A stretch of 64,000 nucleotides of DNA from Armatimonadota bacterium (GCA_041690135.1 JAWLHY010000008.1:302784-366783), one strand, 5' to 3'; shown: positions 9,395-19,568, numbered from the stretch's first letter. Numbers and translations are program-made. Notes: generated by a model from the letters alone, not told the origin.

Positions 9395-10072
9395 TCAACC
9401 GCGCCGTCGACGGCATACCAGGGTCAGCCCTACAAGGGTGAGCAATCCTGCTCCCGTGGCTACTCCTGGCGAGGTGGGGATCGTTTCCGGTCCATCCGGT
9501 CCCTCGCTCAGCACCACCGTATCGAGGTCGCACTGCCCCATCATCGCACCGCCTTCGCCGCGGATCCGAAGATCCTCGACCGAGGCGAGCACCATCCGAA
9601 GATCCATCCGAGTGGCGGGCACCCGGCGCCCGTTGACCTGCTTGTGCCAGCCGGCGCCTTCCGCAAGGGGGATCGTCTGGGTGACCCAACTTCCCATCGA
9701 AGCACCGTGACTGTCGTAGCTCACGGTGAGGCCGCCACCCACGAGGATCACATCCTCTTTGCTCTCGGGATCGAAGGTCGCGGAGCGGATATCGTAGTGC
9801 AGGGCACGCCCGTAAGCCGCAGTCCGGTCCCCGCGGAACTTCACCGGTGCTCGCCAATACCAGGCCGCGCCGCCCGACACACTCGTCGCCGAGAGGAAGC
9901 CTCCCGGGCTACCGCCACTCGCTTCCCAAATCGGGCCTATTGCTTCACCGGTGATGGTCCAGCCTTCTGTTCCGCTGGTGAAGTGGCTCGAGAGGGTCCG
10001 GGCTTCCGCCGTGACGCTCACCGCCAGCGCAGCGGCCATGGCCGCCGGCATCCAGAACGTTCTGCTCAACAT
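9395..10072 (-). CDS. Secreted laminin B (domain IV)-like protein with a C-terminal PEP-CTERM-like sorting signal
   Basis: Signal peptide; WYWRAPVKFRGDRTAAYG..L.Y and VLASVEDLRIRGE..LDTVVL fit laminin B; ends in a Pro-rich motif, TM helix and RRRRG. Confidence 0.7.
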   Translation of the reverse strand: MLSRTFWMPAAMAAALAVSVTAEARTLSSHFTSGTEGWTITGEAIGPIWEASGGSPGGFLSATSVSGGAAWYWRAPVKFRGDRTAAYGRALHYDIRSATFDPESKEDVILVGGGLTVSYDSHGASMGSWVTQTIPLAEGAGWHKQVNGRRVPATRMDLRMVLASVEDLRIRGEGGAMMGQCDLDTVVLSEGPDGPETIPTSPGVATGAGLLTLVGLTLVCRRRRG

Positions 10073-10342
10073 AGCCGTATCTCCCGTGGCGAGATCCAAG
10101 TCTGGTCGGGAGTGCGCGGGTTACCGGTCGAGAAGGCCGGCCCCCGTCTCCATCCCCTCCATCTCCCAGGATACCCGCCTTTCCACGGGGTGTGATTCTT
10201 TCCACTCAAGGATGGAACCGGTGAATCCGATGACATGGTCATCCGCCCTTGCGGAATAGTCAGGAACCTGATTCGGCTGCGAACCGTCTTGTATGCAAGT
10301 CAGCGACATCGCGCCGGACTCTGGTCGCAGTGAGGTAAAGTC

Positions 10343-12925
10343 GTGAGACTGTCGATCGGTGCAAAAATCCTGTTGAGCATGGCAGCCCTCCTCCTGGTGG
10401 GTCTGTTCTCGATGCTGACGATCTTCCAGGGCCTGTTTACGGTCCAGGATGCCATGCACCAGGTCGTCAACCGGAACGCGCCAACCACCGGAGCCGCCGT
10501 GCGCCTGGCACTTGCGGTGGAGGACACCGGCTTCCGGGTCCTTCGCTACCTGCGTACCGGTGATGAGGCCTCTCGGGAGGATGCCCGCCAGGGAGTGGAG
10601 GTCATTCGCCAGACGCATCAGAAGTTCGCAGACCAGGCCCGCTCGGATGAAGAGCGGCAACTGGCGCTCCAGTTGGAAGGCCTCGCCATTCGCTATGAGG
10701 AAACCGCGCTCCGTCTCCTCGGGCGGCGTACACAACTGGACACCCTCTCCGCCGCGGGGGATGGACTACTGAGAGAGATGTCCGGGATCGTCAACGACCG
10801 TCTCCAGGTAGGCATCGATATGAATGCTCCGGATGCCCTGGAAAAGGACACCTGCACCAAGGCGATCGCCGCGTCGCTGGATGGAATAACGGCCTGGCTC
10901 AAAAAGTTCCTGGTGGATCCCCAGCGCCGGTTTGAAGAGCGGATTGAAGACTCACTGGCGCAGTGCGATCTCAACCTGACCCGCTATCAACATCTCCGCC
11001 TGGACGCGGAAGAACGCCGCTGGGCGGGCGAGTTGCGGAAACGGTACCAGCGGTTCCAGAGCCTCTTTCGCCGAGACCGGGGCCTTCAGAAGGCGATAAC
11101 GGACGACTCGGAGGCCTTTATCGGAATCCGCTCCGAGATGGCCACGGTGCTGAACGGCGAGATCAACCGGCTGCTGGGGCGCAACCTGGGTGCAGCGCGC
11201 GACCAGGCAGACCGTGCCTTCGCCGGCGTGGAGAGCCTGATCAGCTTCTTGATCCCCTTATTCATCTTGAGTGGGATCGGCCTGGCGGTGCTTATCACGC
11301 GGGTGGTGACGGATCCCCTCCGGAAGCTAATGGCCGGCACGACGGCGGTTCGGGAGGGGGACCTCTCCCACAAGATCGTTCATAAGAGCCGCGACGAATT
11401 TGCCGCCGTAGCTGAAAACTTCAACCGGATGGTGGAGCAGTTGCGTCAGACGACCGTATCCCGCGACCGCCTGGAAACGAGCGAACAGCAGCTTCTCCGG
11501 CTCAACACGGAACTGGAGATCGCCAGTCAACGGAAGAACGAGTTCCTGGCGATGCTGGGGCACGAACTGCGGAACCCGCTAGGCGCCATCTCCAATGCGG
11601 TTGAACTCCTGCGCCGTCGCACCCCCGAAATCACGCCGGTGCAGCGACCGCTCGAAGTACTGAACCGCCAGGTAGGCCACATGAACCGCCTGGTGGATGA
11701 CCTGCTGGACGTTTCTCGCATCACACGCGGCAAGATCGAGCTGCGTCGCTGCGAAATAGACCTGCTGCCCCTCGTGGAAGACGCCGTGCATGCTGTGCGA
11801 CCGTTGGTGGAAGCACGAGGACACCGCCTGCAGGTCAATCAGCCCCGGACGCCGGTACTACTGTTTGGAGACCCGACGCGCCTGGAGCAGGTACTGGTCA
11901 ACCTCCTCAGCAACGCAGCGAAATACACTGAGCCGGGCGGAGAGATCCGCCTTTCCGTGGACCTGACTGCCGGTCCGGCTACGAAGATGTCCGAGACGCT
12001 GGCTGGGGAAGCCGGCCCGTCCGTTACGATACGGGTGCGCGATAACGGGATCGGAATTGAGCGGGACATGCTTCCACACGTATTCGAGTTGTTTACACAA
12101 TCCGAGCGCGCGCTGGACCGCTCGCAGGGGGGCCTGGGCATTGGCCTGACTCTGGTTCGTGGTCTCGTGGAAATGCACGGTGGGACGATCCGCGTCCACA
12201 GCGAAGGAGCGGGGCAAGGCAGCGAGTTCGTGGTGATACTGCCGCTCACTCCGGCATCCCATGCGAACAACTCCGCTTCACGGCAGTTGAACACTGCCGG
12301 CGGAGTCACCGAGCCCGCCAGGCGGGAAGAGCCCCCCGTGCCGGCTGCCCCGCAGGGAATCACCGGCACGGTGGGGCTCTCCGATTCCCACGACGCGGAG
12401 CTGAGTGCGGCCGTCGATCTCTCCGTATCGGCTCCGACGGCATATCCGGTTGTCCCCGGCACCTGGTCGGGTACGACGTCGGAGCGGTCCGGCGCCCCAC
12501 CCGACGCGCCACGGGTGCTGGTGGTGGACGATAACTTTGACGCGGCGGAGTCGTTGAAGGAGATCCTGGAGGAATGGGACTGCTCGGTGCTCCTGGCGCA
12601 TGACGGTCTGCAGGCCCTCGACATCGCAAGGGCCTTCGTTCCGGACGTCGTGCTCCTGGACATCGGGTTACCCGGCCTCGATGGCTACGAGGTAGCGCGC
12701 CGACTCCGGCAGGACTGGGCCAACGGGATCCCATTTCTGTCGGCGGAGGGATTGTCCGGCACGGGTCGCAGCGGTCCGCGCCTGATTGCATTGACCGGTT
12801 ATGGCCAGGAAGAAGACCTCCGCCGCTCGCGCGAGGCGGGTTTCGACCATCATCTCGTCAAACCGGTGGACCTGGATGCGCTCGAGAACCTGGTGGTCGA
12901 ACGCCAACCGGTGGGCAGCCGCTAA
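10343..12925 (+). CDS. Hybrid sensor histidine kinase/response regulator (2 TM, HAMP, HisKA, HATPase, REC)
   Basis: FLAMLGHELRNPL H-box, NLLSNAAKYT, DNGIGI, GGLGIGL, C-terminal VLVVDDN..LLDIGLPGLDGYEV. Confidence 0.95.
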   Translation: MRLSIGAKILLSMAALLLVGLFSMLTIFQGLFTVQDAMHQVVNRNAPTTGAAVRLALAVEDTGFRVLRYLRTGDEASREDARQGVEVIRQTHQKFADQARSDEERQLALQLEGLAIRYEETALRLLGRRTQLDTLSAAGDGLLREMSGIVNDRLQVGIDMNAPDALEKDTCTKAIAASLDGITAWLKKFLVDPQRRFEERIEDSLAQCDLNLTRYQHLRLDAEERRWAGELRKRYQRFQSLFRRDRGLQKAITDDSEAFIGIRSEMATVLNGEINRLLGRNLGAARDQADRAFAGVESLISFLIPLFILSGIGLAVLITRVVTDPLRKLMAGTTAVREGDLSHKIVHKSRDEFAAVAENFNRMVEQLRQTTVSRDRLETSEQQLLRLNTELEIASQRKNEFLAMLGHELRNPLGAISNAVELLRRRTPEITPVQRPLEVLNRQVGHMNRLVDDLLDVSRITRGKIELRRCEIDLLPLVEDAVHAVRPLVEARGHRLQVNQPRTPVLLFGDPTRLEQVLVNLLSNAAKYTEPGGEIRLSVDLTAGPATKMSETLAGEAGPSVTIRVRDNGIGIERDMLPHVFELFTQSERALDRSQGGLGIGLTLVRGLVEMHGGTIRVHSEGAGQGSEFVVILPLTPASHANNSASRQLNTAGGVTEPARREEPPVPAAPQGITGTVGLSDSHDAELSAAVDLSVSAPTAYPVVPGTWSGTTSERSGAPPDAPRVLVVDDNFDAAESLKEILEEWDCSVLLAHDGLQALDIARAFVPDVVLLDIGLPGLDGYEVARRLRQDWANGIPFLSAEGLSGTGRSGPRLIALTGYGQEEDLRRSREAGFDHHLVKPVDLDALENLVVERQPVGSR

Positions 12926-12939
12926 CCCGTATCCAAGCT

Positions 12940-13896
12940 ATGGAACTCAATCTCCCCATTTTGGAGACCCTGGCAGAGTGCCGGAGCATTCTGGTGATGG
13001 GCATGGGCGGGGGCTTCGACGTTTACTGCGGTGTGCCGATCTACCTTGAGCTCCGGCGGCGGGGGATGAACGTCCACCTCGGAAGCCTCAGCTTCTCACC
13101 GCACCTGACTCATCTCCGGAACGGGGTTCCCCTGACCGGCACGCTCACCGGCGTTACCGCCGACCATGAGGGCGTGGTCGTCTACTTTCCGGAGCTTCAC
13201 CTGGTCCGGTGGCTCCGCACGGAACGAGGGGACGAAGCCACGCTGTGGTGTTTCCGAAAGACCGGAGTCGACCCGATGATCGGGGATTTCCGGCGTCTCG
13301 TGGATCACCTGTCACTCGATGCCCTGTTGTTGGTCGACGGGGGAGTGGACAGCCTGTCCCGCGGGGACGAAGCCCACATGGGGAGTGTGCTGGAAGACTG
13401 GGTCACCCTGGCCGCCGCGGCGGAATTGGACACACTTCCGGTGCGGATGATGACCTGCCTCGGACTGGGCGCGGAAGAAGAAGTTTCTCACGCGCACATC
13501 TTCGAAAACATCGCCCGTTTGACCGCTGCCCGGGGATTCCTGGGTAGTTGCTCGCTGGTTGCGCAGTCGGAAGCAGGCCGCGCCTACGATGCCCTGGTCA
13601 CCTATGCCCAGTCACAGCCTTACCAGGACCCGAGCATCATCAACAGTTCCATCCTCTCCGCCGTGCGGGGTGAGTATGGGGATTACCACCTGACGCAGAA
13701 GACGCGCGGCCGGACCAACTGGATCTCCCCGCTGATGTCGATCTACTGGTTCTTCGACCTGGTCCGCGTGGCCGAGCAGAACCTGGTGCTTTCCCAACTT
13801 CGCTGGAGCCAGACTCCGCAAGAGGCGGGCCGGATCATCGCCGAGGCGCGCGTCCGCCTCCCGCAGCGCCCCCTGCAGAAAATCCCCCTACCCTAA
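12940..13896 (+). CDS. DUF1152 domain protein
   Basis: GMGGGFDVYCG, LLVDGGVDSL.RGDE, WISPLMSIYWFFDL. Confidence 0.75.
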   Translation: MELNLPILETLAECRSILVMGMGGGFDVYCGVPIYLELRRRGMNVHLGSLSFSPHLTHLRNGVPLTGTLTGVTADHEGVVVYFPELHLVRWLRTERGDEATLWCFRKTGVDPMIGDFRRLVDHLSLDALLLVDGGVDSLSRGDEAHMGSVLEDWVTLAAAAELDTLPVRMMTCLGLGAEEEVSHAHIFENIARLTAARGFLGSCSLVAQSEAGRAYDALVTYAQSQPYQDPSIINSSILSAVRGEYGDYHLTQKTRGRTNWISPLMSIYWFFDLVRVAEQNLVLSQLRWSQTPQEAGRIIAEARVRLPQRPLQKIPLP

Positions 13897-13901
13897 CCCT
13901 T

Positions 13902-14690
13902 TTAGAAGATGAACCAGGTTACGATGGTTCCGACGACCATGACGCCGATGGCGATGGCGCCGGCGATGGGAAAGGTCTGCGTACCGATCAGCCACTCCGG
14001 ACCCCGGTAGTTTAGAAAACACCGGTGCACCCCGATGGAGAGGATGCCGCCGCTGTGGAGGCCCATCGACAGCCAGAGGTTGCCGGTCTTGTAGAAGCAG
14101 ACACCCAGCCAGAGGCCCAGGAACGCCAGTCCCACGGATGGCCAGTAGGTACGCACCTTCCGGATGAAGTGCGCTGCAGAGAACAGCACCGAGCTCAGCG
14201 GGATCGCCACCCAGGGACCGGCGCTCACCAGCAAGGTGTGCATGATCGCGCCCCGAAAGAACGGTTCTTCCACCGCCACCACGGTGAATGAGCTGAGCGT
14301 GCTTAACGCGGACTTGGTGAATGCCTTCTTCGGGGTAAACCGCGGCTTGTAGTACAGCCATCCCCCGGCCAGCTCCGTGCCGTAGATCCCGATCGACAGA
14401 CCCAGAGCGCAGAGTTGCCCGTAGAGGAAGTAGTGGACCTTGTCGGCGGGGAAAAACGGGCCGTAATACACCGCCACGCTCGACCCCACCCAGGGAAGGT
14501 GGGGAAACAGAAAGATCGAGCCGATAAGGGTCGACTGCAGGACGACCTTGAGGGCCAACTTCAACGACTTCGGTTGCTGGCTGTTGGCCCCGAACGTCCA
14601 CTGAAACGGCTCTTTGAACAGGGCCAGCACGATGGTCTGTGCCACCAGAAGCAGCAGAATGATCGCGGCCAGATAGCCAATAACCCACAT
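13902..14690 (-). CDS. CPBP (CAAX/Abi) family intramembrane glutamic protease
   Basis: EEPFFRG, FSAAH and LWLSMGLHSG motifs; multiple TM helices. Confidence 0.85.
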   Translation of the reverse strand: MWVIGYLAAIILLLLVAQTIVLALFKEPFQWTFGANSQQPKSLKLALKVVLQSTLIGSIFLFPHLPWVGSSVAVYYGPFFPADKVHYFLYGQLCALGLSIGIYGTELAGGWLYYKPRFTPKKAFTKSALSTLSSFTVVAVEEPFFRGAIMHTLLVSAGPWVAIPLSSVLFSAAHFIRKVRTYWPSVGLAFLGLWLGVCFYKTGNLWLSMGLHSGGILSIGVHRCFLNYRGPEWLIGTQTFPIAGAIAIGVMVVGTIVTWFIF

Positions 14691-14935
14691 AGTCTAATCT
14701 TCGGCAGGCCGCCCGTGGAACGCAGGTCGCGCGGGGGAGGGGTGGGGGTGCGTGATCCGCGAATTTGGCGAATGAAGCGAATTCGGGACGAAACGAATTG
14801 GGGATGGAGCTAAGGGCGAAAAGGGGGAATGAAAGCCCAGTACACTGACAGCTTCCATTCCCATTTACTCGGCCCGCGTCGGGTTTAAGGTCTTCCGGAC
14901 TCGGAGCTCAAAGCTCCGAACTCGGAACTCCTAAC

Positions 14936-15898
14936 CTAGGAGCGGTTCTTTTCCACGAACTCGCGGACATCAGCAAGGTTTCCGGCGGACCCCAGCAGCT
15001 CGTTGCGGCTGGCGATGAACTTGGCGTATTCCGCCATGAAGAGCTTTCCGGGGCCGCGGAGGTCGAAGTCGCCCGGCTTCTGCTGGAAGTACTCGCGGTG
15101 GACGCGGGTCCAGACCAGGCGACCATCTGTGTCGATGTTGACCTTGCAGACACCGAGCTTTGCGGCGGGGAGATACTGGGCCGGGTCGACGCCCTTGGCC
15201 CCTTCCTTGAGGGCGCCCCCCGCCGCGTTGATGCGCTGGACCTCGTCCTGCGGCACCGAAGAGGAGCCATGCATCACGAGCGGGAAGCCCGGCAGCTCGT
15301 CCTGGATCGCCTTGACGCGGTCGAAGTGGATGCCCTGGCCGCCGGAGAACTTGTAGGCGCCGTGGGAGGTGCCGATAGCCACAGCCAGCGAGTCGCAGCC
15401 GGAGCGCTCAACGAACTCTTTCGCCTGGTCCGGATCCGTCAGGCAGGCGTGCGCCTCATCGACGGCGATATCCTCTTCCACGCCGCCCAGCATGCCGAGT
15501 TCCGCCTCGACCGAGATGCCGCGGGCATGGGCGGCGTCCACCACGCGCCGGGTGATGGCGATGTTCTCGTCGAACGATTCGTGGGAGGCGTCGATCATCA
15601 CGGAGGAGTAGAAGCCGCTCTCGATGCACTCGTAGCAGGTCTTCTCGTCCCCGTGGTCCAGGTGCACCGCAAAGATCGCTTCCGGGAAGATCTCTTCGCC
15701 GGCGCGGATCATGGCCTCGAGCATCCGCTTGTCGGTGTAGCTGCGGGCTCCCTTGGAGAGCTGGATAATGAAGGGAGCCTGCGAGTCGATGTTGCCCTGG
15801 AACAGGCCCATGATCTGCTCCAGGTTGTTGATGTTGTAGGCGCCGAGGGCGTACTTGCCGTAGGCGTGCGCGAACAGCGTCTTTGTAGGTACGATCAT
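14936..15898 (-). CDS. fba: Class II fructose-1,6-bisphosphate aldolase
   Basis: GAYNINNLE, VHLDHG, SSVMIDAS, VEAELG, AIGTSHGAYK, LVMHGSS, KVNIDTD; start set at MIVPTK. Confidence 0.93.
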   Translation of the reverse strand: MIVPTKTLFAHAYGKYALGAYNINNLEQIMGLFQGNIDSQAPFIIQLSKGARSYTDKRMLEAMIRAGEEIFPEAIFAVHLDHGDEKTCYECIESGFYSSVMIDASHESFDENIAITRRVVDAAHARGISVEAELGMLGGVEEDIAVDEAHACLTDPDQAKEFVERSGCDSLAVAIGTSHGAYKFSGGQGIHFDRVKAIQDELPGFPLVMHGSSSVPQDEVQRINAAGGALKEGAKGVDPAQYLPAAKLGVCKVNIDTDGRLVWTRVHREYFQQKPGDFDLRGPGKLFMAEYAKFIASRNELLGSAGNLADVREFVEKNRS

Positions 15899-16071
15899 TC
15901 CGAAAAACTCCTCACTGGCGGTCCCACCTCTGGAACGGACCGCTGGGCGGTGCAGGAGGACCGCGGTCGGCAAGGTCGCTTGGCCCACCCCCGGTGCCGC
16001 ACTCCGCTCACTCCCCTGAAACCACAGCCCATTTTATCAGCCTGAGGTCATTGCCAGTCGAGGCGGCTTCG

Positions 16072-16623
16072 CTACGGATCGACGATGAGTGCATTCGTGT
16101 TCGGGTCCACCACGTAAGGCACGTTCGGGAGCAGCGGTCCCCGCAAGGCGGAAGGTCCGCGGCCGATAATCAACGCGTTCCGGCTGGGATCTGCGATCAC
16201 TCCGTATCCGCCCCCGAAACCGAACTGGGTTCCCGCTCCGCCCTGAAAGCCGGCGCCGTTGGGAAAAGAACCTGCCCCAAACCCGCCACCGATGCCACCG
16301 CCAGGCACGCCGTAGCCGCCACCCGCTCCGCCAAAGCCGCCATAGCCGAAACCACCGGTCATACCCATTGTTTGACGCCAGAGGTCCAGTTCCGTCGGGA
16401 CCACCATGGCGCCGTTGAGGACCGCTGCCACGGCTCGTGCATCCACATACTGAAGCTGAATCCGCTCCCAGGTGCGACCATCCGGCGATACGGCGGTGGT
16501 GGGAGCCGATGGCCGGGTTACGGGCGTCCGCCGCTGGTACACACGGCTTTGCTGTTGGGCATGCGCAGGAAATGCGGAGTGGCATACTCCGCCCACAACC
16601 AAACCAAGGACCAGGGCTCTCAT
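16072..16623 (-). CDS. Secreted Gly-rich protein with secretin N-domain-like motifs and no secretin barrel
   Basis: Signal peptide; IQLQYVDARAVAAVL, ADPSRNALIIG, VDPNTNALIV; RBS GGAGGA. Confidence 0.55.
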   Translation of the reverse strand: MRALVLGLVVGGVCHSAFPAHAQQQSRVYQRRTPVTRPSAPTTAVSPDGRTWERIQLQYVDARAVAAVLNGAMVVPTELDLWRQTMGMTGGFGYGGFGGAGGGYGVPGGGIGGGFGAGSFPNGAGFQGGAGTQFGFGGGYGVIADPSRNALIIGRGPSALRGPLLPNVPYVVDPNTNALIVDP

Positions 16624-16702
16624 TCTTCAATCCTCCCTCGTATTTGATGCTCGCAGGTTAGACTGGAGAGCCCCGGCACTTGTTGCGGCTCCATACGTAG
16701 TC

Positions 16703-17179
16703 CTACCCGACCACCTCGCCCGGCGATACGTCGACGAAGTCTTCGTCGGATACCAGGAGCAGGCTCTCCACATCCACGACGCCCGGCGTCCACCAGGCCA
16801 CGTCTTCGATGGCTTTCTTGGTGTGGTACGTCGGTACGCTGCCATCAAGGCGTACCCGACCCCGGTTGGCATAGACCTCGATCTTCGCGCCTTCCACATA
16901 GGCGTCCCGGGCCAGTGCGTGCCGGACCTCCTCGGCGAGTTCGGCATCGGTGCGTTCCACGTAGTTCCGGATCGCCAGTTGATCGTCCACGCGCTCCACG
17001 CCGTCCGCATCCTGTGCCAACTCGCGCGCCGTACGCTTCTCGATGGCGCTATCCACGCTTCCCTTGAGGGTCACCACGGCGCCGCGAACCTCTACCTGGA
17101 CCTCGCGGTGGTCAACCCGGCTGCTTCGTTCTAGAAACTGTTCGATGGTTGCCTTGATGGCTCCGTCTCCATCCTTCAT
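16703..17179 (-). CDS. Double BON-domain (OsmY-like) protein
   Basis: Two repeats of V.L.G.V....K..AE..A....GV..V...L. Confidence 0.85.
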   Translation of the reverse strand: MKDGDGAIKATIEQFLERSSRVDHREVQVEVRGAVVTLKGSVDSAIEKRTARELAQDADGVERVDDQLAIRNYVERTDAELAEEVRHALARDAYVEGAKIEVYANRGRVRLDGSVPTYHTKKAIEDVAWWTPGVVDVESLLLVSDEDFVDVSPGEVVG

Positions 17180-17293
17180 CTTGGCTTCTCCTCGCCGGAG
17201 CCGGAGGGTGCGTCGCCCCTGCAGTCGCTCGCTCCGACTTCCGTTTCATCCTGCCCGGTGCACCCAGCGATGAAACCCTCCCAGCCAAGCAAA

Positions 17294-17323
17294 CGAGGGG
17301 GCATCCTTACGGATACCCCCTCG
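17294..17323 (-). terminator. Probable intrinsic terminator
   Basis: CGAGGGGG(C/T)ATCC stem with a 4-nt loop, followed by TTTGCTT on the minus strand downstream of 17350-17967. Confidence 0.55.
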
Positions 17324-17349
17324 CGCAACGTCGACGTAGTTCGGTGAAA

Positions 17350-17967
17350 CTATTGCTGCTTCTTCCGGCGACCGACACCGGGCTGGAGCAACTTGCGCTG
17401 ATCGGCGGTCAAGATCTCCCGAACCTCGGTCATCATCTTCTTATTGAGTTCCTGGATCTGGGTCTGCACGGCCTTCTTATCCGTCGCAGCCTTCAACTCC
17501 GCCTGGAGCTTCTGCCGATCGCCGGCGTACTTGTCGGAGATCTCCTTGACCTTCGTCTTCTGCTCGGCGGTCAGGTTCAGGCCCACCATCTGGTTGCCGG
17601 CCGGGCCCATCATGCCGGTCAATTCCTTCGCCTCGGCCTGGAACGCTTCGAGCTGCTTCTGCTGATCGGCGTTCAGCGCGGCCTTCACCGCCGCTTCGTA
17701 GTCCTGGCGGGCCTTGCGAGAGGCCTGGCGCTTCTCCTTCGGTGTGGTGAGGGCGTTGGCGTCCTGGACGGCTTTGGTGTATGCCTCACCGGCGGTCTGG
17801 ACCTTCGCCTTCTGGTCGGCATCCAGGTTCAAGCGAGCCACGATCGGGGGAGCCAGGAGACCCGGCGCGCGGCGGCCACCGCCACCCTGGGCCAGAGCGG
17901 CGGATACAAGGGAAAGGGAGAGGACACCCGTGATCAGAGCGGTACCCAGACGCTGCGTTACGTTCAT
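17350..17967 (-). CDS. Secreted Spy/CpxP-like (LTXXQ) helical protein
   Basis: Signal peptide; LNLDADQK, LNADQQK, LNLTAEQK and LTADQRK repeats. Confidence 0.7.
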   Translation of the reverse strand: MNVTQRLGTALITGVLSLSLVSAALAQGGGGRRAPGLLAPPIVARLNLDADQKAKVQTAGEAYTKAVQDANALTTPKEKRQASRKARQDYEAAVKAALNADQQKQLEAFQAEAKELTGMMGPAGNQMVGLNLTAEQKTKVKEISDKYAGDRQKLQAELKAATDKKAVQTQIQELNKKMMTEVREILTADQRKLLQPGVGRRKKQQ

Positions 17968-18262
17968 GCTTTCCTCCTCTGGAAAGGTGACTGTGGAAGG
18001 GTAGCTGTGGGCATTGAATCTTCCCGAAGCCGGCTCGACCGGAGGCAGTTCCAGGTCGGTGAGTTGCGGAATGCTTCAGGAAAACAGGTTTGTTCCGGTG
18101 AGAAGACCGCCATACGGTCTCATTCGTTCCACCTCTCTCGACGCTGGCCTAGCCGGCCATGTTCATAAAACTCAAGAGGAAGGAATGTGAGGCGGCAGCA
18201 GGGAGGAAGGGACAGGTGCGTCGCGCCAAAGAATATCCGCAGGCGATCCCAAGGAGAACCCC

Positions 18263-19234
18263 ATGGAAGAAGTAAGGACAGGATTGGATACAACCCGGCG
18301 CGATCTGCTGCGCGTGGCCGGCTCCGTGTTGGCAGTGGGCGCGACAGCCACTGCGGTGCCGGCAGCGCAACGGACACCACGAAGGAACGCTGGGCGAAAG
18401 GGGTTCCGGTATTGCCTGAACACGGCCACGATCATGGGGCAGAAGGTTCCCCTGGTCGAAACAGTGGAGCTCACGGCCAAGGCCGGTTACGATGCGATCG
18501 AACCCTGGATCCGGGAGATCGAGGCTTACGAAAAGGACGGAGGGTCGCTGGCGGACCTCCGAAAACGCATCGAAGACCGCGGCCTGGAGGTGGAAAGCGC
18601 CATCGGCTTCTTCGAGTGGATCGTAGATGACGACGCCCGCCGGGCCAAGGCCCTGGAAGATGCGAAACGGGCCATGGATCGGGTCCGGCAGATCGGCGGC
18701 ACGCGCCTTGCCGCTCCCCCGACCGGCGCCACCGATCGCTCCGACATCCCGCTGGCGAAGATGGCCGATCGCTACCGTGCCCTTCTGGATCTCGGCCAGG
18801 AAATGGGCGTGACTCCACAGGCGGAGATCTGGGGCTTTTCCAAGAGCCTGAACCGGCTGGGCGATGCCAGTCTGGTGGCGATCGAGACCGGGCATCCCCA
18901 GGCGTGCGTCCTCGCCGATGTCTACCATTTATACAAGGGGGGATCCGGCTTTCAGGGGCTCCGGCTCTTGAGTGGCCAGGCAATGCAGGTCTTCCACGTC
19001 AACGACTATCCCGCCAACCAGCCCCGCGAGACGATCACCGACGCACACCGCGTTTACCCCGGCGACGGCATCGCGCCCCTGGATGAAGTCTTCCGCACTC
19101 TGCGCGACGTGGGCTTCAACGGGGTTCTCTCCCTTGAGCTCTTCAACCGCGACTATTGGCAGCAGGACCCCAAGCTGGTAGCCCGCACCGGTCTGGACAA
19201 GTTGAATGCTGCGGTCGAAAAGGCCCTGGGATAA
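18263..19234 (+). CDS. Tat-exported sugar-phosphate isomerase/epimerase (xylose-isomerase-like TIM barrel)
   Basis: TTRRDLL Tat motif; GYDAIEPW, DVYH, FHVND, RVYPGDG, LSLELF. Confidence 0.85.
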   Translation: MEEVRTGLDTTRRDLLRVAGSVLAVGATATAVPAAQRTPRRNAGRKGFRYCLNTATIMGQKVPLVETVELTAKAGYDAIEPWIREIEAYEKDGGSLADLRKRIEDRGLEVESAIGFFEWIVDDDARRAKALEDAKRAMDRVRQIGGTRLAAPPTGATDRSDIPLAKMADRYRALLDLGQEMGVTPQAEIWGFSKSLNRLGDASLVAIETGHPQACVLADVYHLYKGGSGFQGLRLLSGQAMQVFHVNDYPANQPRETITDAHRVYPGDGIAPLDEVFRTLRDVGFNGVLSLELFNRDYWQQDPKLVARTGLDKLNAAVEKALG

Positions 19235-19253
19235 CCTCCGCAGGAGCAAAGCC

Positions 19254-19568
19254 GTGGAAGAGACCTGCCCCAAATGCGGCTCCGAACGCTGGATGACCGG
19301 ACTGCACGTTTTGTCAGACGGGGGGTTAACGCTGGCGGTCAAGCGGCCAACGTGGACAGGCGAGGCGCGAGGATCGAGTCGCACCTTGGCTGAAGCCTGC
19401 GGCGAGTGTGGCTATATTGAGTGGTTTGTCACCAGTCCGCATCGGATGTGGCGCGAATGGGAGCTGCAGCAGCGTATGGCAGCCGCTCGCAATAGGAGCA
19501 ACCTACCACTTCCTGCCGCGGGCGCAACTGAGGAGACTGACGATCTCCCTATCCCTTCCGATGAGTGA
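19254..19568 (+). CDS. Small zinc-ribbon protein
   Basis: GTG start after AGGAG; CPKCG and CGECGYIEW. Confidence 0.65.
   Translation: MEETCPKCGSERWMTGLHVLSDGGLTLAVKRPTWTGEARGSSRTLAEACGECGYIEWFVTSPHRMWREWELQQRMAAARNRSNLPLPAAGATEETDDLPIPSDE

Noticed and set aside
8813-10195. 460-aa plus-strand ORF
   Set aside because: Overlaps dapF and the laminin-like gene on the opposite strand; low-complexity R/P/G/H translation.
16230-16360. Gly-rich GGF/GGY repeats as a DNA repeat element
   Set aside because: Explained by low-complexity coding sequence of the 16072-16623 protein.
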